Assembly: GCF_004010195.1 (NCBI RefSeq)
Contig: NC_057718.1
Span: forward strand, 40,316,101 to 40,356,426
DNA: 40,326 nt
Direction: 5' to 3'
Origin: Chiloscyllium plagiosum
Taxonomy: Eukaryota
Position numbers and translations under genes: made by a program. This document shows, piece by piece, positions 1 through 11,362 of the stretch (position 1 is its first letter; the number at the start of each line of letters is the position of its first letter). The notes under the pieces are model-generated. The model was given only the letters and a program-made list of their open reading frames with translations. It did not search any database and had not been told where the DNA came from.

Positions 1-86
1 TTGTAATACAGCTGTACTTATTTTCCTTCTAATCATTAGTGTTTCTTCTTCCCTTCTAACCAAACCTTTTTTTTTGTTGTTGTCAG

Positions 87-223
87 AATCTGGAAATAGG
101 GCTGAAGTCTGTGTGGTATGGACCGAAAGTACTAATTGAGGGAGCAGATGCTGAAACTTTGACAGAAGGAGAAATGGTTACTTTTATTAATTGGGGTAAC
201 ATCAACATCACTAAAATTAACAG
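87..223 (+). CDS. EPRS1: EPRS1 exon (GluRS C-terminal region; approx. human exon 14)
   Basis: Polypyrimidine tract + cag|AAT...AACAG|gtgag; encodes [45 protein letters not shown]; 137 nt, ends in phase 2. Confidence 0.95.
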
Positions 224-245
224 GTGAGAGAGTAGTTTTGTAGTA

Positions 246-404
246 CAGAGGAACCTCGATTCTCCAAAGGACACGGGTGGGGAGTATTTCGATCGGTTAA
301 TCGAATGCCGGATAACATAGTTTAGCCAAACACCACGGCCTTGCGATCTTGCCAGATAATCCGAACTTTGGTTAATCAAATGCTGGATAATCAGCATTCC
401 TCTG
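246..404. mobile_element. 159-bp MITE, Tc1/mariner (Tigger/pogo-like) type
   Basis: TA + CAGAGGAACCTCGATTCTCC on the left; right end reverse-complements to CAGAGGAATGCTGATTATCC and is followed by CA (probably a decayed TA); internal GGATAATC/TTAATCGAA motifs. Confidence 0.7.
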
Positions 405-1985
405 CAGAGGCTTTCTGGCTGTTATCCCTTGAAAGCCAACTGTGTGATTGGATGTGATGCTGATACACAATTTATTGATAATTTCTTTTGGAAATTTCTT
501 TGGAAATTTGGATTCTGAAATGGACAGAGTCCAATATAACTTTAAGATTGATTTGTGTGTGTTAAGAAGGGGGTTTTTAGTTCCATTTTTGATTTCTGAG
601 AGTTGTGTAGATAGGTCAGGAATTGTTACAAATATTTAAAAGAGGCTTTTAAGAAAAACCCTTGAGGTGAATAGTTCAGTGCCTTGTAAAATAAAGTAGC
701 ACAGAGGAAACAAAGGGCTGTTGCTTCTCCGCAAGTTGTCCTATGACACAGGATGACCAAGACAAAAGTTATTTTAGAAAGACAGAGCTATCCAGAGGGT
801 CAGTGAGTATGCAGGTTTCTTTCAGAGATAAGTAGGCCATTCAGAGAAACAAAAGGCCTGCAATACCTGAAGTAGAGTTTTAGCAATATCAGAAACTGAG
901 CAGAAGAAAACAAGACTTGAGTGGCTTAAACATCAAAAATAGATACACCAGAAAAAAGAAGCTTTTAAGGGTTCAATGGAAGAGGAAAATAGTAGTTTGG
1001 TTGATTTTTGCTTCAGTAAAGTAGCTGATTACTGAATATTTCTAGTTTTTTTGAAGTGAAATTAACATAGTCTTCGGGTTATGTTTTGAATCTCCAATGT
1101 TTTTTTCCTTAAAAATCACTTGTTAGGTGTAAAATTGATACTAATGCCTTAAAAGGGAAAAAATGCAGTAAAGTGTATAGAGCAGGGATATTAGTCATTT
1201 TAATTAATAACTCATTACAATAGGAATGACAGGTCCAATGATGTGTTGCAGTTGCAGCTTGTAGGAACTGCTGTACATCAAGAGGACACATTTGTAGCAA
1301 GTGTTTGCAGCTCCTCCAACTTCTTCAGAGTTGAGGATCTGGAGCTTGAGCTGCAGAAATTGTGCCAAATCAGGAAGCGGGAAACGTACACGGATACTTT
1401 GCTGCAGCACGCAGTCAAACTCCTTAAATTTGCTACTTCAGATTTGGTCTACGATCAATGACAGAAGGATGTGATTGTAGGTGAGGCAGATATGGGGACC
1501 CAAGGACAGCTCTCAAAGAACTTCAATACTTGTAACTGTCTAACAGCAACCAAGAGAGGTAAAATATGGGCTTGCACGACAAAGATATGATGTCACTGCA
1601 GGCCAACTACATTGACAATGATACTCAGAGTGGGACATGAAGGGACAGAGTATACAAACATAATAAAACAGCAAACGAGGACCAAGAGTGAATAAAATAT
1701 AAGACATCGTTAATGGCCCTTTATCCAAATGCATTTAGTTTTTGGAACAAATTAAATGGATTCATGTCATAAAAAGAGGATAATGTTTGACTAATTTGTA
1801 GAAGCATAGTGGACCATGGGAATCCTGTAGATGTATATAAGGTGCCACATAAAAGGTAAGATTGCACAGTGTTATAATCTTAGTAATTGCAGTGACATGA
1901 TTACAATGATATTAATGTGCCAACTAAACATTCAGTGGCAACTGAACTTTCGAAAGAGCAGGCAGGAAGAGATTGTGGAGTGCCC

Positions 1986-2105
1986 TTGTCGTCTTCCCCT
2001 TTTATTTCCTACATCTATCCATACAAATCCAACATTATCCAATCAAAGATAATTTCTTGATATGTATAATTCTAGATGTAGGAAATAATAAGGGGAAGAA
2101 GACAA
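1986..2105. repeat. Imperfect ~120-bp inverted repeat (foldback)
   Basis: TTGTCGTCTTCCCCTTTTATTTCCTACATCTA (1986-2017) pairs with TAGATGTAGGAAATAATAAGGGGAAGAAGACAA (2073-2105); inner arms also pair partly. Confidence 0.85.
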
Positions 2106-2363
2106 TATGTTGTCGTCTTGTCTTGTCTCGTTGATCCATGCAGGAATTGGGCGATTTTGGATCTGGTAATGTGTAATGGGGCAAGTTTAATAAATTATTT
2201 TGGAGTGAAAGATTACCTAAGGGGGAAGTAACCTGAGTATGGTAGATTTTATCACTCACGTTGAGTAAGAAATTTTGAGTTAGGATTAACTGTATGAACA
2301 TTAAAGAAGAGCAATTACATGGAATGAGGCTAGAGTTAGTTGGAGTGGATTGAGAAAGTAGAT

Positions 2364-2620
2364 AGAACATAGAACATAGAACAATACAGCACAGAACAGG
2401 CCCTTCGGCCCACGATGTTGTGCCGAACTTCTAACCTAGATTAAGTACCCATCCATGTACCTATCCAAATGCCGCTTAAAGGTCGCCAATGATTCCGACT
2501 CTACCACTCCCACGGGCAGCGCATTCCATGCCCCCACCACTCTCTGGGTAAAGAACCCACCCCTGACATCTCCCCTATACCTTCCACCCTTCACCTTAAA
2601 TTTATGTCCCCTTGTAACAC
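2364..2620 (-). mobile_element. CR1 LINE 3' end, young subfamily
   Basis: (AGAACAT)n tail at left; reverse strand reads as CR1 ORF2 C-terminus and 3' UTR; CpGs retained. Confidence 0.85.
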
Positions 2621-3006
2621 TCTATGAAGGTTTATAAAATCATGAGGGGCATGGATAGAGTGAATAGACAAGGTCTTTTCCCTGCGTATGGGAGTCCAGA
2701 ACTAGAGGGCATAGGTTTAAAGTCAGAGGGGAAAAATTTAAAAGGGTCTTAAGTAGCAACTTTTTCACACAGAGGGTGGTATGTGTACAGAATGAGCTGC
2801 CAGAGGAAGTGGTGGAGGCTGGTACAATTATACCATTTAATAGGCATCTGGATGGGTATATGAATAGGAAGGGTTTGGAGGGATATGGGCCAAGTGCTGG
2901 AAAATGGGACTAGATTAATTTAGGATATCAGGTCAGCATGGACAAGTTGGACTGAAGGTCCTGTTTCTCTGCTGTACATCTCTGACTCTATGACTGTATA
3001 ACTGTA
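2621..3006 (+). mobile_element. CR1 LINE 3' end
   Basis: Encodes VYKIMRGMDRVNRQGLF-like ORF2 C-terminus; ends in CTCTATGA-type tail. Confidence 0.85.
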
Positions 3007-3082
3007 AAAGTAGATGGATGCCCAGGTAGGCTTTGAGTTTGGATGTGCAATTTCACACAAAATTATTCACAACCTCAGTCAG

Positions 3083-3329
3083 CTATTTACCATCTACCAC
3101 CACTCTCTGCCTTCGACCGGTTAGCCAGTTTTCTATCCAATTGGCCAAATTTCCCTCTATCCCATGCCTCCTGACTTTCCGCATAAGCCTACCATGGGGA
3201 ACCTTATCAAATGCCTTACTAAAATCCATGTACACTACATCCACTGCTCTACCCTCATCCACATGCTTGGTCACCTCCTCAAAGAATTCAATAAGACTTG
3301 TAAGGCAAGACCTACCCTTCACAAATCCA
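3083..3329 (-). mobile_element. CR1 LINE internal RT fragment
   Basis: ORF KGRSCLTSLIEFFEEVTKHVDEGRAVDVVYMDFSKAFDKVPHGRL...RQRVVVDG is typical CR1 RT. Confidence 0.9.
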
Positions 3330-3389
3330 AGATGATGAAGAAAGAATGGTAGTTGAACAATGGGGATTTTTCTTTCTAGAAAAAGAAGT

Positions 3390-4995
3390 TCAGGGGTCTA
3401 AATACCAGTAGGTCTCTGCACCTGATGGGCTGCATCCTAGGATTTTAACAAAGTAGCTACACAGTTGATTGCACTGATAGTTAATCTTCCAAGAATCCTC
3501 TGGACAAGACTTGGAGGATTGGTAAACTGACAAGATAATTATTAAGGCAGGCACTACCTATTCCTCCTCCTTCAAAAACAAGTAACTATAGGCCATCTGT
3601 CACGAATATCTCAACACCTGTCATTGGGCAAATATTAGAGTCTATTATAAAGGATGTGATAACAGAGCATTTAGAAACAAACAGTATAATCAAGCAGAGT
3701 CAATATGTCTTAATGAAGAGGGAATTATCTGTTAAATCCCTTAAAACTCTTTTGAGGTAATGACCAGAGTAGATAAAGGGTAACAATTGGATTTTCCAAA
3801 ACTTATTTGATAAGTCATTGCACATAAGATGACTTAAGTTCAGAGGCTACGGTGTTGGGGGGAGTACACCAGTACAGATAGTGGATTGGCTTACTAATGA
3901 AGAGGAGAAAGTAAGGACTGTAGATGCTGTAGATCAGAGTTGAGAAGTGTGGTGCTGGAAAAGCACAGCAAATCAGGCAGCAAGAGTCGAAGTTTCAGGT
4001 GTAAGCCCTTGTGGGGAGTAAGTTGGGATAAAGCAGCATTTTCAGAATGGCAGCCTAAACTAGTACAGTGCCACATTGATCAGTTCTGGAGTCAAACCAT
4101 GTTACACAATGTATATTGATGACCTGGGTAAGGGAAATGAATATACTAAACCTAGTTTACAGACGACACAAAAGTAAGTGGGAAGGCAAGTAGGGAGGAT
4201 GACACAATTAGTCTACACTGGGATATAGACAGGTTAATTGAGTAGGCAAAACTTGGTGCATGGAATTTAATGTGGGAAAATATGAGCTGAAGTACTTTCA
4301 CAGAATAGGAGATCTGAATATTATTCAAATCAGTAAAGAGTGTAGAAAGCTGAAACAGTATGTGTGTTGGGGTTTGAGTACTTGAATTGCAAAAAATCAA
4401 GCATCCAAATTCAGTGGGTAATAGGGAAGCCAAATAGAATATTGGCCTTTATGTTAGGGAAATTGGCATTATAAAAAGGGAAGTCTTGCTAAAACAATGC
4501 AAAGTAGAAGTCAGATCACAATTGGAATTTTGTGAACAGTTTTGTCTCCTTATCTAAGAAAATATTTACTTGTATTGAGGCGGGCCAGAGAAGGTGCATG
4601 AGTTGGAACGGATTTTCTTAGGAGGAGAAGTTGAGTAGTTTGAACTTGTACTTGTTGGAATTTAGAAGAATGAGAGGTAACCTTCTTGAAAGAGATAAAA
4701 TTCCTTGGGACTTGACACGACAGATGTGAAAAAGTTGTTTTTCCTTGTGGGAGCTTAGGACCAGAGGACCATAATCTCCAAAGTAAGAAGTGACCAGGTG
4801 AGGAATTTTTTCTGAATGTAGTCAAGGCTATGTTTAAATATACTCAAGACTGAGATAGACAGATTTCTAATCATAAAAGGGATTCAATGTTATGTGAATA
4901 AAGCAGCAAAGTGGATTTGAGGCTTATCAGTCATTCATTCATTATTACATTGAATGATGGAGTTGGCTTGATAGGCTTAAATGACCTACTTCTGC
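3390..4995 (+). mobile_element. Old degraded CR1 LINE (RT region to 3' end), interrupted by a Penelope-like fragment
   Basis: Remnants of PDGLHPRIL, FTDDTK, LEFRRMRGNLLE and the 3' UTR, in order, with frameshifts; boundaries approximate. Confidence 0.7.
3908..4010 (-). mobile_element. Penelope-like element terminal fragment
   Basis: GTGGTGCTGGAAAAGCACAGCA..TCAGGCAGCA motif shared with 26230 and 31976. Confidence 0.55.
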
Positions 4996-5066
4996 ACCTA
5001 TCTCTTATGACCTATAAACTTCTTGTTTTTTTTTGTTAAAAATATATTTGCGGTATCTTGTGAGTA

Positions 5067-5873
5067 TAGAGTCATAGAGAGATATATAGCATGGAAACAG
5101 ACTCTTTGGTCCAACTTGTCCATGCTGACCAGGTAATATAAATAAAACCTAGTCCCGTTGCCAGCATTTAGCAGATCATCCAGATACCTTTTAAATGTTG
5201 TAATTGTATCCGCCTCCACCATTTCCTTTGGCAGCTCATTCCATACACGTACCACCCTCTGCGTGGAAAAAGTTGCCTCTTCGGTCCCATTTAAACCTTT
5301 CTCCTCTCATCTTAAACCTATGCCCTCTAATTTTAGACTCCCCGACCCTGGGGAAAAGACCATGTCTATTTACCTTATCCATGCCCCTCATGATCTTATA
5401 AACCTCTATAACGTCACCCCTCAGCCTTTGACGTTCTAGAGAAAATAGCCTGGCTCTATTCAGCCTCTTCCTATAAATCAAACCCTTCAACCCTGGCAAT
5501 ATCCTTGTAAATCTTTTCTGAATCCTCTCAAATTTCACAACATCCTTTCTGGGAGACCACAATTGAATGCAGTATTTCAATAGTGGCCTAACCAATGTCC
5601 TGTACAACCACAACATAACCTCCCAACTTCTATACTCAATGCATTGATCAATAAGGTAAGCATATTAAACATCACCCTCACTACCCTATCTACCTGTGAC
5701 TCTACTTTCAAGGAACTGTGAACATGCACTTCAAGTCTCTTTGTTCATCAACACTCACCTAGACCTTACCATTAAGTGTAGAAGTCCTGCTGTGCTTCAC
5801 CTTTCCAAAATGCAGCACCTCACATTTATCTAAATTAAACTCCATCTGCCACTCCTCAGCCCATTGGCCATCT
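5067..5873 (-). mobile_element. CR1 LINE 3' portion (host of a nested insertion; continues at 6770-7165)
   Basis: ORFs LYRTLVRPLLKYCIQLWSP...RLRGDVIEVYKIMRG and WAEEWQMEFNLDKCEVLHFG; tail AGAGTCATAGAG at left. Confidence 0.9.
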
Positions 5874-6769
5874 AGAAGAACAAAGAACAAAGAAAATTTA
5901 CAGCCCAGAAACAGGCCCTTTGGCCCTCCAAACCTGAGCCGATCCAATTCCACTGTCTAAACCTGTCCCCCAATTCCCAAGCATCTGTATCCCTCTGCTC
6001 CCCACCTACTCATGCATCTGTCCAGACGGACCTTAAATGAATCTACCGTACCTGCCCTTACTACCTCTGCTGGCAACACGTTCCAGGCACTACCACCCTC
6101 TGTATAAAGTACTTGTCGTGTATATCCCCCCCCCCCCTTAAACTTTTCACCTGTCACCTTGAATGCGTGACCTCTCATTATTGAATCCTGGGGGAAAAAG
6201 CTTATCTCTCTCTATCCTGTTTGTGCTCTTCTTGATTTTGTAGACCTCAATCAGGTCCCTCCTCAATCTCTTTTTTTCCTAATGAAAACAACCTAACCTA
6301 CTCAGCCTCTCTTCATAGCTAACACCTTCCATACCGGCAACATCCTCGTAAACCTTCTCTGCACCCTCTCCAAAGCGTCTACATCCTTTTGGTAATGTGG
6401 CGACCAGAACTGTACAGTGTTCTAAATGCGGCCAAACCAATGTCTTGTACAATTTTAATGTGACCTGCCAGCACTAATACTTAATAACCTGTCTGATGAA
6501 GGCAAGCATACCATATACCATTGATCATTCTAGACACCTTCAGGGTATAATGGACCTGAACTCCCAGATCTCTCTGCTCATCAACTTTTCCCAAGGCCCT
6601 TCCGTTTACTGTATAGTTGGCTCTAGAATTAGACTTCCCAAAATGCATAACCTCACATTTGCCTGGATTGAACTCCATCTGCCACTTCTCTGCCCAACTC
6701 TCCAGTCTACCTATATTCTCCTGTATTCTTTGACAGTCCCCTATGCTTTCTGCTACTCCACCTGCCACA
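5874..6769 (-). mobile_element. CR1 LINE of a different subfamily, nested in the 5067-7165 element
   Basis: (GAACAAA)n tail at left; ORF WAEKWQMEFNPGKCEVMHFG; flanked by CATCT direct repeat. Confidence 0.85.
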
Positions 6770-7165
6770 CATCTGATCAAGATCCTGTTGTACCCTGAGG
6801 TAACCTTCTTCACTGTCCACTACACCCCTTATTTTGGTGTCATCTACAAACTTACTAACCATCCCTTCTATGTTCATATCGAAACCATTTATATAAATGA
6901 TGAAAAGCAGCGGACTCAGCACTGATCTTTGTGGCACACTGCTGGTCACAGGCCTCCAGTCTGAAAAGCAACCCTCCACCACCCTCTGTCTTCTATCTTC
7001 GAGCCAGTTCTGAGTCCAAATAGCTAGTTCTTTCTGTATTCCATATGATCTGACCTTGCTAACCAGTCTACCATGAGGAGCCTTGTCGAATGCCTTACTG
7101 AAGTCTGTACAGATCATGTTCACTGCTCCGCCCTCAGCAATCCTTTTTGTTACTACTTCAAAAAA
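6770..7165 (-). mobile_element. CR1 LINE RT region (5' continuation of 5067-5873)
   Basis: ORF DFSKAFDKAPHGRL...SVPQRSVLSPLLFIIYIN...SKFVDDTKI. Confidence 0.9.
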
Positions 7166-7314
7166 GAACTCGGATGTTCAATAATTGATCTAAACAAGGA
7201 CCAAATATCAAAAATAAAACTCTCAAACCGGGTTTTGCTCTGTGATTTGGTTTGTTCAGTATTATTATCAGCTGAGATTATAACAGATTTATTAAAATAA
7301 TCTTTTATTTGTAG

Positions 7315-7522
7315 AAATCAAGGTGGAAAGATTACATCGCTTGAGGCGAAATTAAATCTAGATAACAAGGATTATAAGAAGACAACAAAGCTTACATGGT
7401 TAACTGAACATCCACAAGCTCCACTGGTTCCCACAGTATGTGTCTACTATGAGCATCTAATCAGCAAAGCTGTAATCGGCAAGGATGAAGATTTCAAGGA
7501 CTACGTTAATCGAAACAGCAAG
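7315..7522 (+). CDS. EPRS1: EPRS1 exon (GluRS anticodon-binding region)
   Basis: gtag|A AAT CAA...AGC AAG|gtatac; [69 protein letters not shown]; 208 nt, phase matches previous exon. Confidence 0.95.
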
Positions 7523-7617
7523 GTATACTTGTTTCTAGTGAGCACTTGAAAACTGTGTAAACTATAACTAAGGCAAGATGTTTGGTTAAGTTTGGTTAAA
7601 ATTATTAATTTAATATT

Positions 7618-8012
7618 CAATAGACAATAGGTGCAGGAGTAGGCCATTCTGCCCTTCGAGCCAGCACCACCATTCATTATGATCATGGCTGATCATCCTC
7701 AATCAGTATCCTGTTCCTGCCTTATCCCCGTAACCCTTGATTCCACTATCCTTAAGAGCTCTATCCAACTCTTTCTTGAACGTATCCAGAGACTTGGCCT
7801 CCACAGCCTTCTGAGGCAGAGCATTCCGTACACCCACCACTCTCTGGGTGAAGAAGTTTCTGCTCAACACTGTACTAAGTGGCCTACCCCTTATTTTTAA
7901 ATTGTGTCCTCTGGTTCAGGACTCACCCATCAGCGGAAACATGCTTCCTGCCTCCAGAGTGTCCAATCCTTTAATAATCCTATACTTCTCAGTCAGATCC
8001 CCTCTCAGCCTT
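7618..8012 (-). mobile_element. CR1 LINE 3' end (ATTGTCT-tail subfamily)
   Basis: CAATAGACAATAG tail; reverse complement closely matches 19990-20415. Confidence 0.85.
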
Positions 8013-8434
8013 CATTAAAACTTAAGATACTAGGAATTACAGAACAATTGTCACAATGTGCCATTCCCATAATGGAATCTACCTTTTTAAGTAAGAGTTT
8101 ATATGCATTTAATTGTGTCTAAAATTACAAAAGTAAAATTATTACTGATTCACAAACTTTTCTGTGGATAGTAGGATCTAGTTAACAAGATTTCAAGTCA
8201 TAATGCAAAGTGCCCACTGGCTACATTGGTACAAACTTAGTACATAAGAGGAGGTGGTGGCTTTGTGGTTTTCCACTGAACAAAGAACAATACATCAAAG
8301 GAACAGGTCATTTTGCTCACCAAAACTGCGCCGCTGTGTGGTGCCTTTCAAAACTAAAAGGTTTCTGCCTCAACGCTGTCAGTATCCCTCTCTTCTCTGC
8401 CTATTCATTTATTTGTCAAAGTGCCTCTTAAAAT

Positions 8435-8620
8435 TCGGGCTCATAGGTTCAAATCCCACTACAGGAGATGGTGAAACTTTAACTGGATTAAAAAATCTAG
8501 AGGTAAAAGCTAGCCAAATGGTGAAACTATAGTTGATCATTGTGTGAACACTCACTGACTAATGGAAATCTGTTGTCTTCCTCTGGTCTGGCTTATGGAA
8601 GACAGCAATTCCATTGTATC
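8435..8620 (+). mobile_element. Degenerate Deu-domain SINE (SacSINE1-like) remnant
   Basis: B-box GGTTCAAATCCC followed by AAAAGCTAG...CACTGACTAAT..GGAAATCTG..CTGGTCTGGC, resembling the recalled DeuSINE core. Confidence 0.45.
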
Positions 8621-8774
8621 TTAACCAACACAGTCTGACAAAATGACAGTGGTGCATGTGGCCTGTCAACCCTGCAAAGCCCTCCCCCTAATATCTGGCA
8701 CATTTTTCCTAAACTGGGATAGTTGTCCCACAGATTAATTGAGGAGCAATATGATGTCATTTTCTCTGAATCAT

Positions 8775-9128
8775 GGGTGGCATGGTCGCTCAGTGGTTAG
8801 CACTGCTGCCTCACAGTGCCAGGGACCCAGGTTCGATTCCAGCCTCGGGCGACTATCTGTGTGGTGTTATTGCACGTTCTCCCTGTGTCTGCGTGGATTT
8901 TCTCTGGGTGCTTCGGTTTCCTCCCACAATCCAAAGATATGCAGCATAGGTGAATTGGTCATGCTAAATTGCCCATAGTGTTCAGGGATGTGTAGGTTAT
9001 GTGCATTAGTCAGGGCTAAATATAGAGTAGAGGAATGGGTATGGGTGGGTTACTCCTTTTGAAGGGTCAGAATGGACTTGTTGGGCCAAAGGGCCTGTTT
9101 CCACACTGTCGGGATTCTAATTCTAATT
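8775..9128 (+). mobile_element. HE1-type tRNA-derived V-SINE
   Basis: Head CAGTGGTTAGCACTGCTGCCTCACAG..GGTTCGATTCC, V-domain GTGTCTGCGTGG..TCCTCCCACAATCCAAAGA, CR1-like tail. Confidence 0.85.
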
Positions 9129-9329
9129 CATACCTTGAAAACAATGTCCTAGACACCAGCATCACCACTAGAGGTGGTAGCACAGTGTTTTCCGTTGAAA
9201 AGGAATTGTCTTGGGAGTCCTCTACATTGCCTGTGAAAATCTTGAGGTTTCATGTCATCAGGTCAAATATGGACCAGAACACGTACTGATCTTCCCCCTA
9301 CCTCAGCTGATAAATCGTTCGTTCTTGTT

Positions 9330-9785
9330 GTATACCACTTGATGGATGCAAGGAGGATTGCAAAAGTGGGGACTTCAATGTCCGTCACAGGATTTGAGTA
9401 CAGACATAGTGAAGTCTTGTTTCATTTGTATTGGGTCTTGGTTAGACTACACCTGGAATACTGTGTGCAGTTTTGGCCCCCTTATTTCAGGAAAGCTACT
9501 ATTGCCATAGTGTGCGTGCAGCAAATATTGACCAGATTTGTTCCTGAGGTGGCAGCTATAAGGAGAGATTGGCAAACTGGGTTTTGTATTCTTGAGAGTT
9601 TTGCAGAATGAGTGATCTTGTTGAAACCTGCAAAATACTTAGTTAGACATGGTGGATGCAAGTAAGATGTTCCCCTGGTTGGAAAATCAAGAACCATGGT
9701 GCAATTTAAAATTAAAAGGGATAGCATTTAGGATTGAGATGAGAATTTTTTAAATTCAGAGATGAATCTTTGGAATTCTCCATCC
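9330..9785 (+). mobile_element. Old CR1 LINE fragment
   Basis: ORF segment GFEYRHSEVLFHLYWVLVRLHLEYCVQFWPPYFRK. Confidence 0.75.
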
Positions 9786-9849
9786 TAGAACTAGAACTTG
9801 TTGTGCTGCTAGTCATGTTGTTCCAGTACAGTCATAACAATGACATGTG

Positions 9850-11362
9850 AAAAAATTGTCCAGTTGAGTTCCGTTGACAAAATGTAGGACAAATCCAACT
9901 TGGCCAGTTACCGGCTCATCTGTCTACCCTCAGCCATCCCCCAAGTAGTAGCAATTATCATCAGTACCATCAGTGTTATCAAGCACCACTTACAAAACAA
10001 TAGCATGCTTACTGCTGTCCACTTTATGATCTGTCAGGCTCACTCAGCTCCTGACTCTGTTACAGCCGAAGCCTGAACATGGATAAACAAGCTAAAGTTG
10101 AGAGGAATTGAGGCTGTCTACCCTTGACATTAAGGCATCGCTTAATTGAGTATGTCATTAATGAATCCCAGCAAAATTGTAGTCTGTATGAATTGGGGAA
10201 ATGCTCCTCAGGTTGGAATTATACCAAGTGTGATGTAAGATTGTTGTGCTTGTTGGAGGTCAATCTCATGCACAGAGCATCACTGCAGGAGTTTCTCAGG
10301 CTAGATATTTCCTAATAGAACTATTCATAAATATTATTACTTCTGGTGTAGGTGGGACTTGAACCACGGCCTCTTGGCTCAAAGATAGGTACACTACCAC
10401 TGTAGCACAGTAGCCCTTTTTAAGTTTCACCAGTGAATATCTGGGATTAAATGATCTTCAACTGCTTGATAAATACCTTCCTTCTGTTGTAAGGTCAGAG
10501 GTAAGGATGTTCATCAATAATTGTATTCATGACACCATTCATGACTCTTCGGATACTGCAGCAGACCTTCCAAATACTGGACAACATTCAGGCTTGAACT
10601 GATGTTTGGTGCAGATTTTATTTGCCACTTAAGTGTCAGGCAATGGACATCTCTGACAATACAGAATCCACCATATTCTCTGGTGCTACTATTGCTGAAT
10701 CTCCCTCAGTCAACAGCCTTGAGGTTATCATTGGTCAAAATCTGACTGGACCAACTATATTAATATGGCTTCAAAAGCAGGACAAAGACGGAGAATTTTT
10801 ATAAGGGTGACTTGCCTTCTAAATGCTCAAAGTCAGTCCACCAATGTCGAGGCACAAGTCAGCAGTGTATTGTAATGTATTTTCACTTGCCTAAATTGAT
10901 ACAACTATAATGATACTTGAGGCATGCGAACATCCAGGACAAAGCAGCCTGCTTGATTGACATCCCATCTAACATTTTTAGCATCCACAATCAGAACCAC
11001 TGATACATAATGGCAGCAGTCTGTATCATCCAAAAGATGCACTGCAGCAACTCACCAAGGCTCTTCCAACAGCACCTTTCATCTAGGAGGGTGAGGGTAA
11101 AGGCAGCAGATGCATAGCAACGCTATCCCCCTGCAAGATCCATTCCAAGCCACTCACCATGCTGTTTTAAAACAATCTTGCCTTTTCTTTGCTGTCTCTG
11201 GATCAAAATCCTGAAACTCCCTCCCTAAAAGCATTGTGGGTATATTTGCACCGCAGTTGGTCAAGAAGATAACTTGTCACCACCTTGGGGGCAATTAGGG
11301 ATGGGCAACTAAACACTGGCTGAGTCAGCAATGCCCAGGATAACTTCTCCCTTGAATAAAAT
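9850..11362 (+). mobile_element. Old degraded CR1/L2-clade LINE (RT to 3' end)
   Basis: RT-like remnants (e.g. CTTGACATTAAGGCA) and 3' end GGGCAATTAGGGATGGGCAA..TGAATAAAA; heavily decayed. Confidence 0.55.
10335..10418 (-). mobile_element. Short tRNA-head SINE fragment (related copies near 20842-20912 +, 35320-35410 -, 37033-37075 -)
   Basis: Reverse strand GGGCTACTGTGCTACAGTGGTAGTGTACCTATCTTTGAGCCAAGAGGCCGTGGTTCAAGTCCCAC has A/B-box-like motifs; the four copies resemble each other. Confidence 0.55.

Noticed and set aside
7523..7530. GTAT-starting donors (also 16255, 34213, 35985, 37627) as U12 introns
   Set aside because: None has the GTATCCTT consensus
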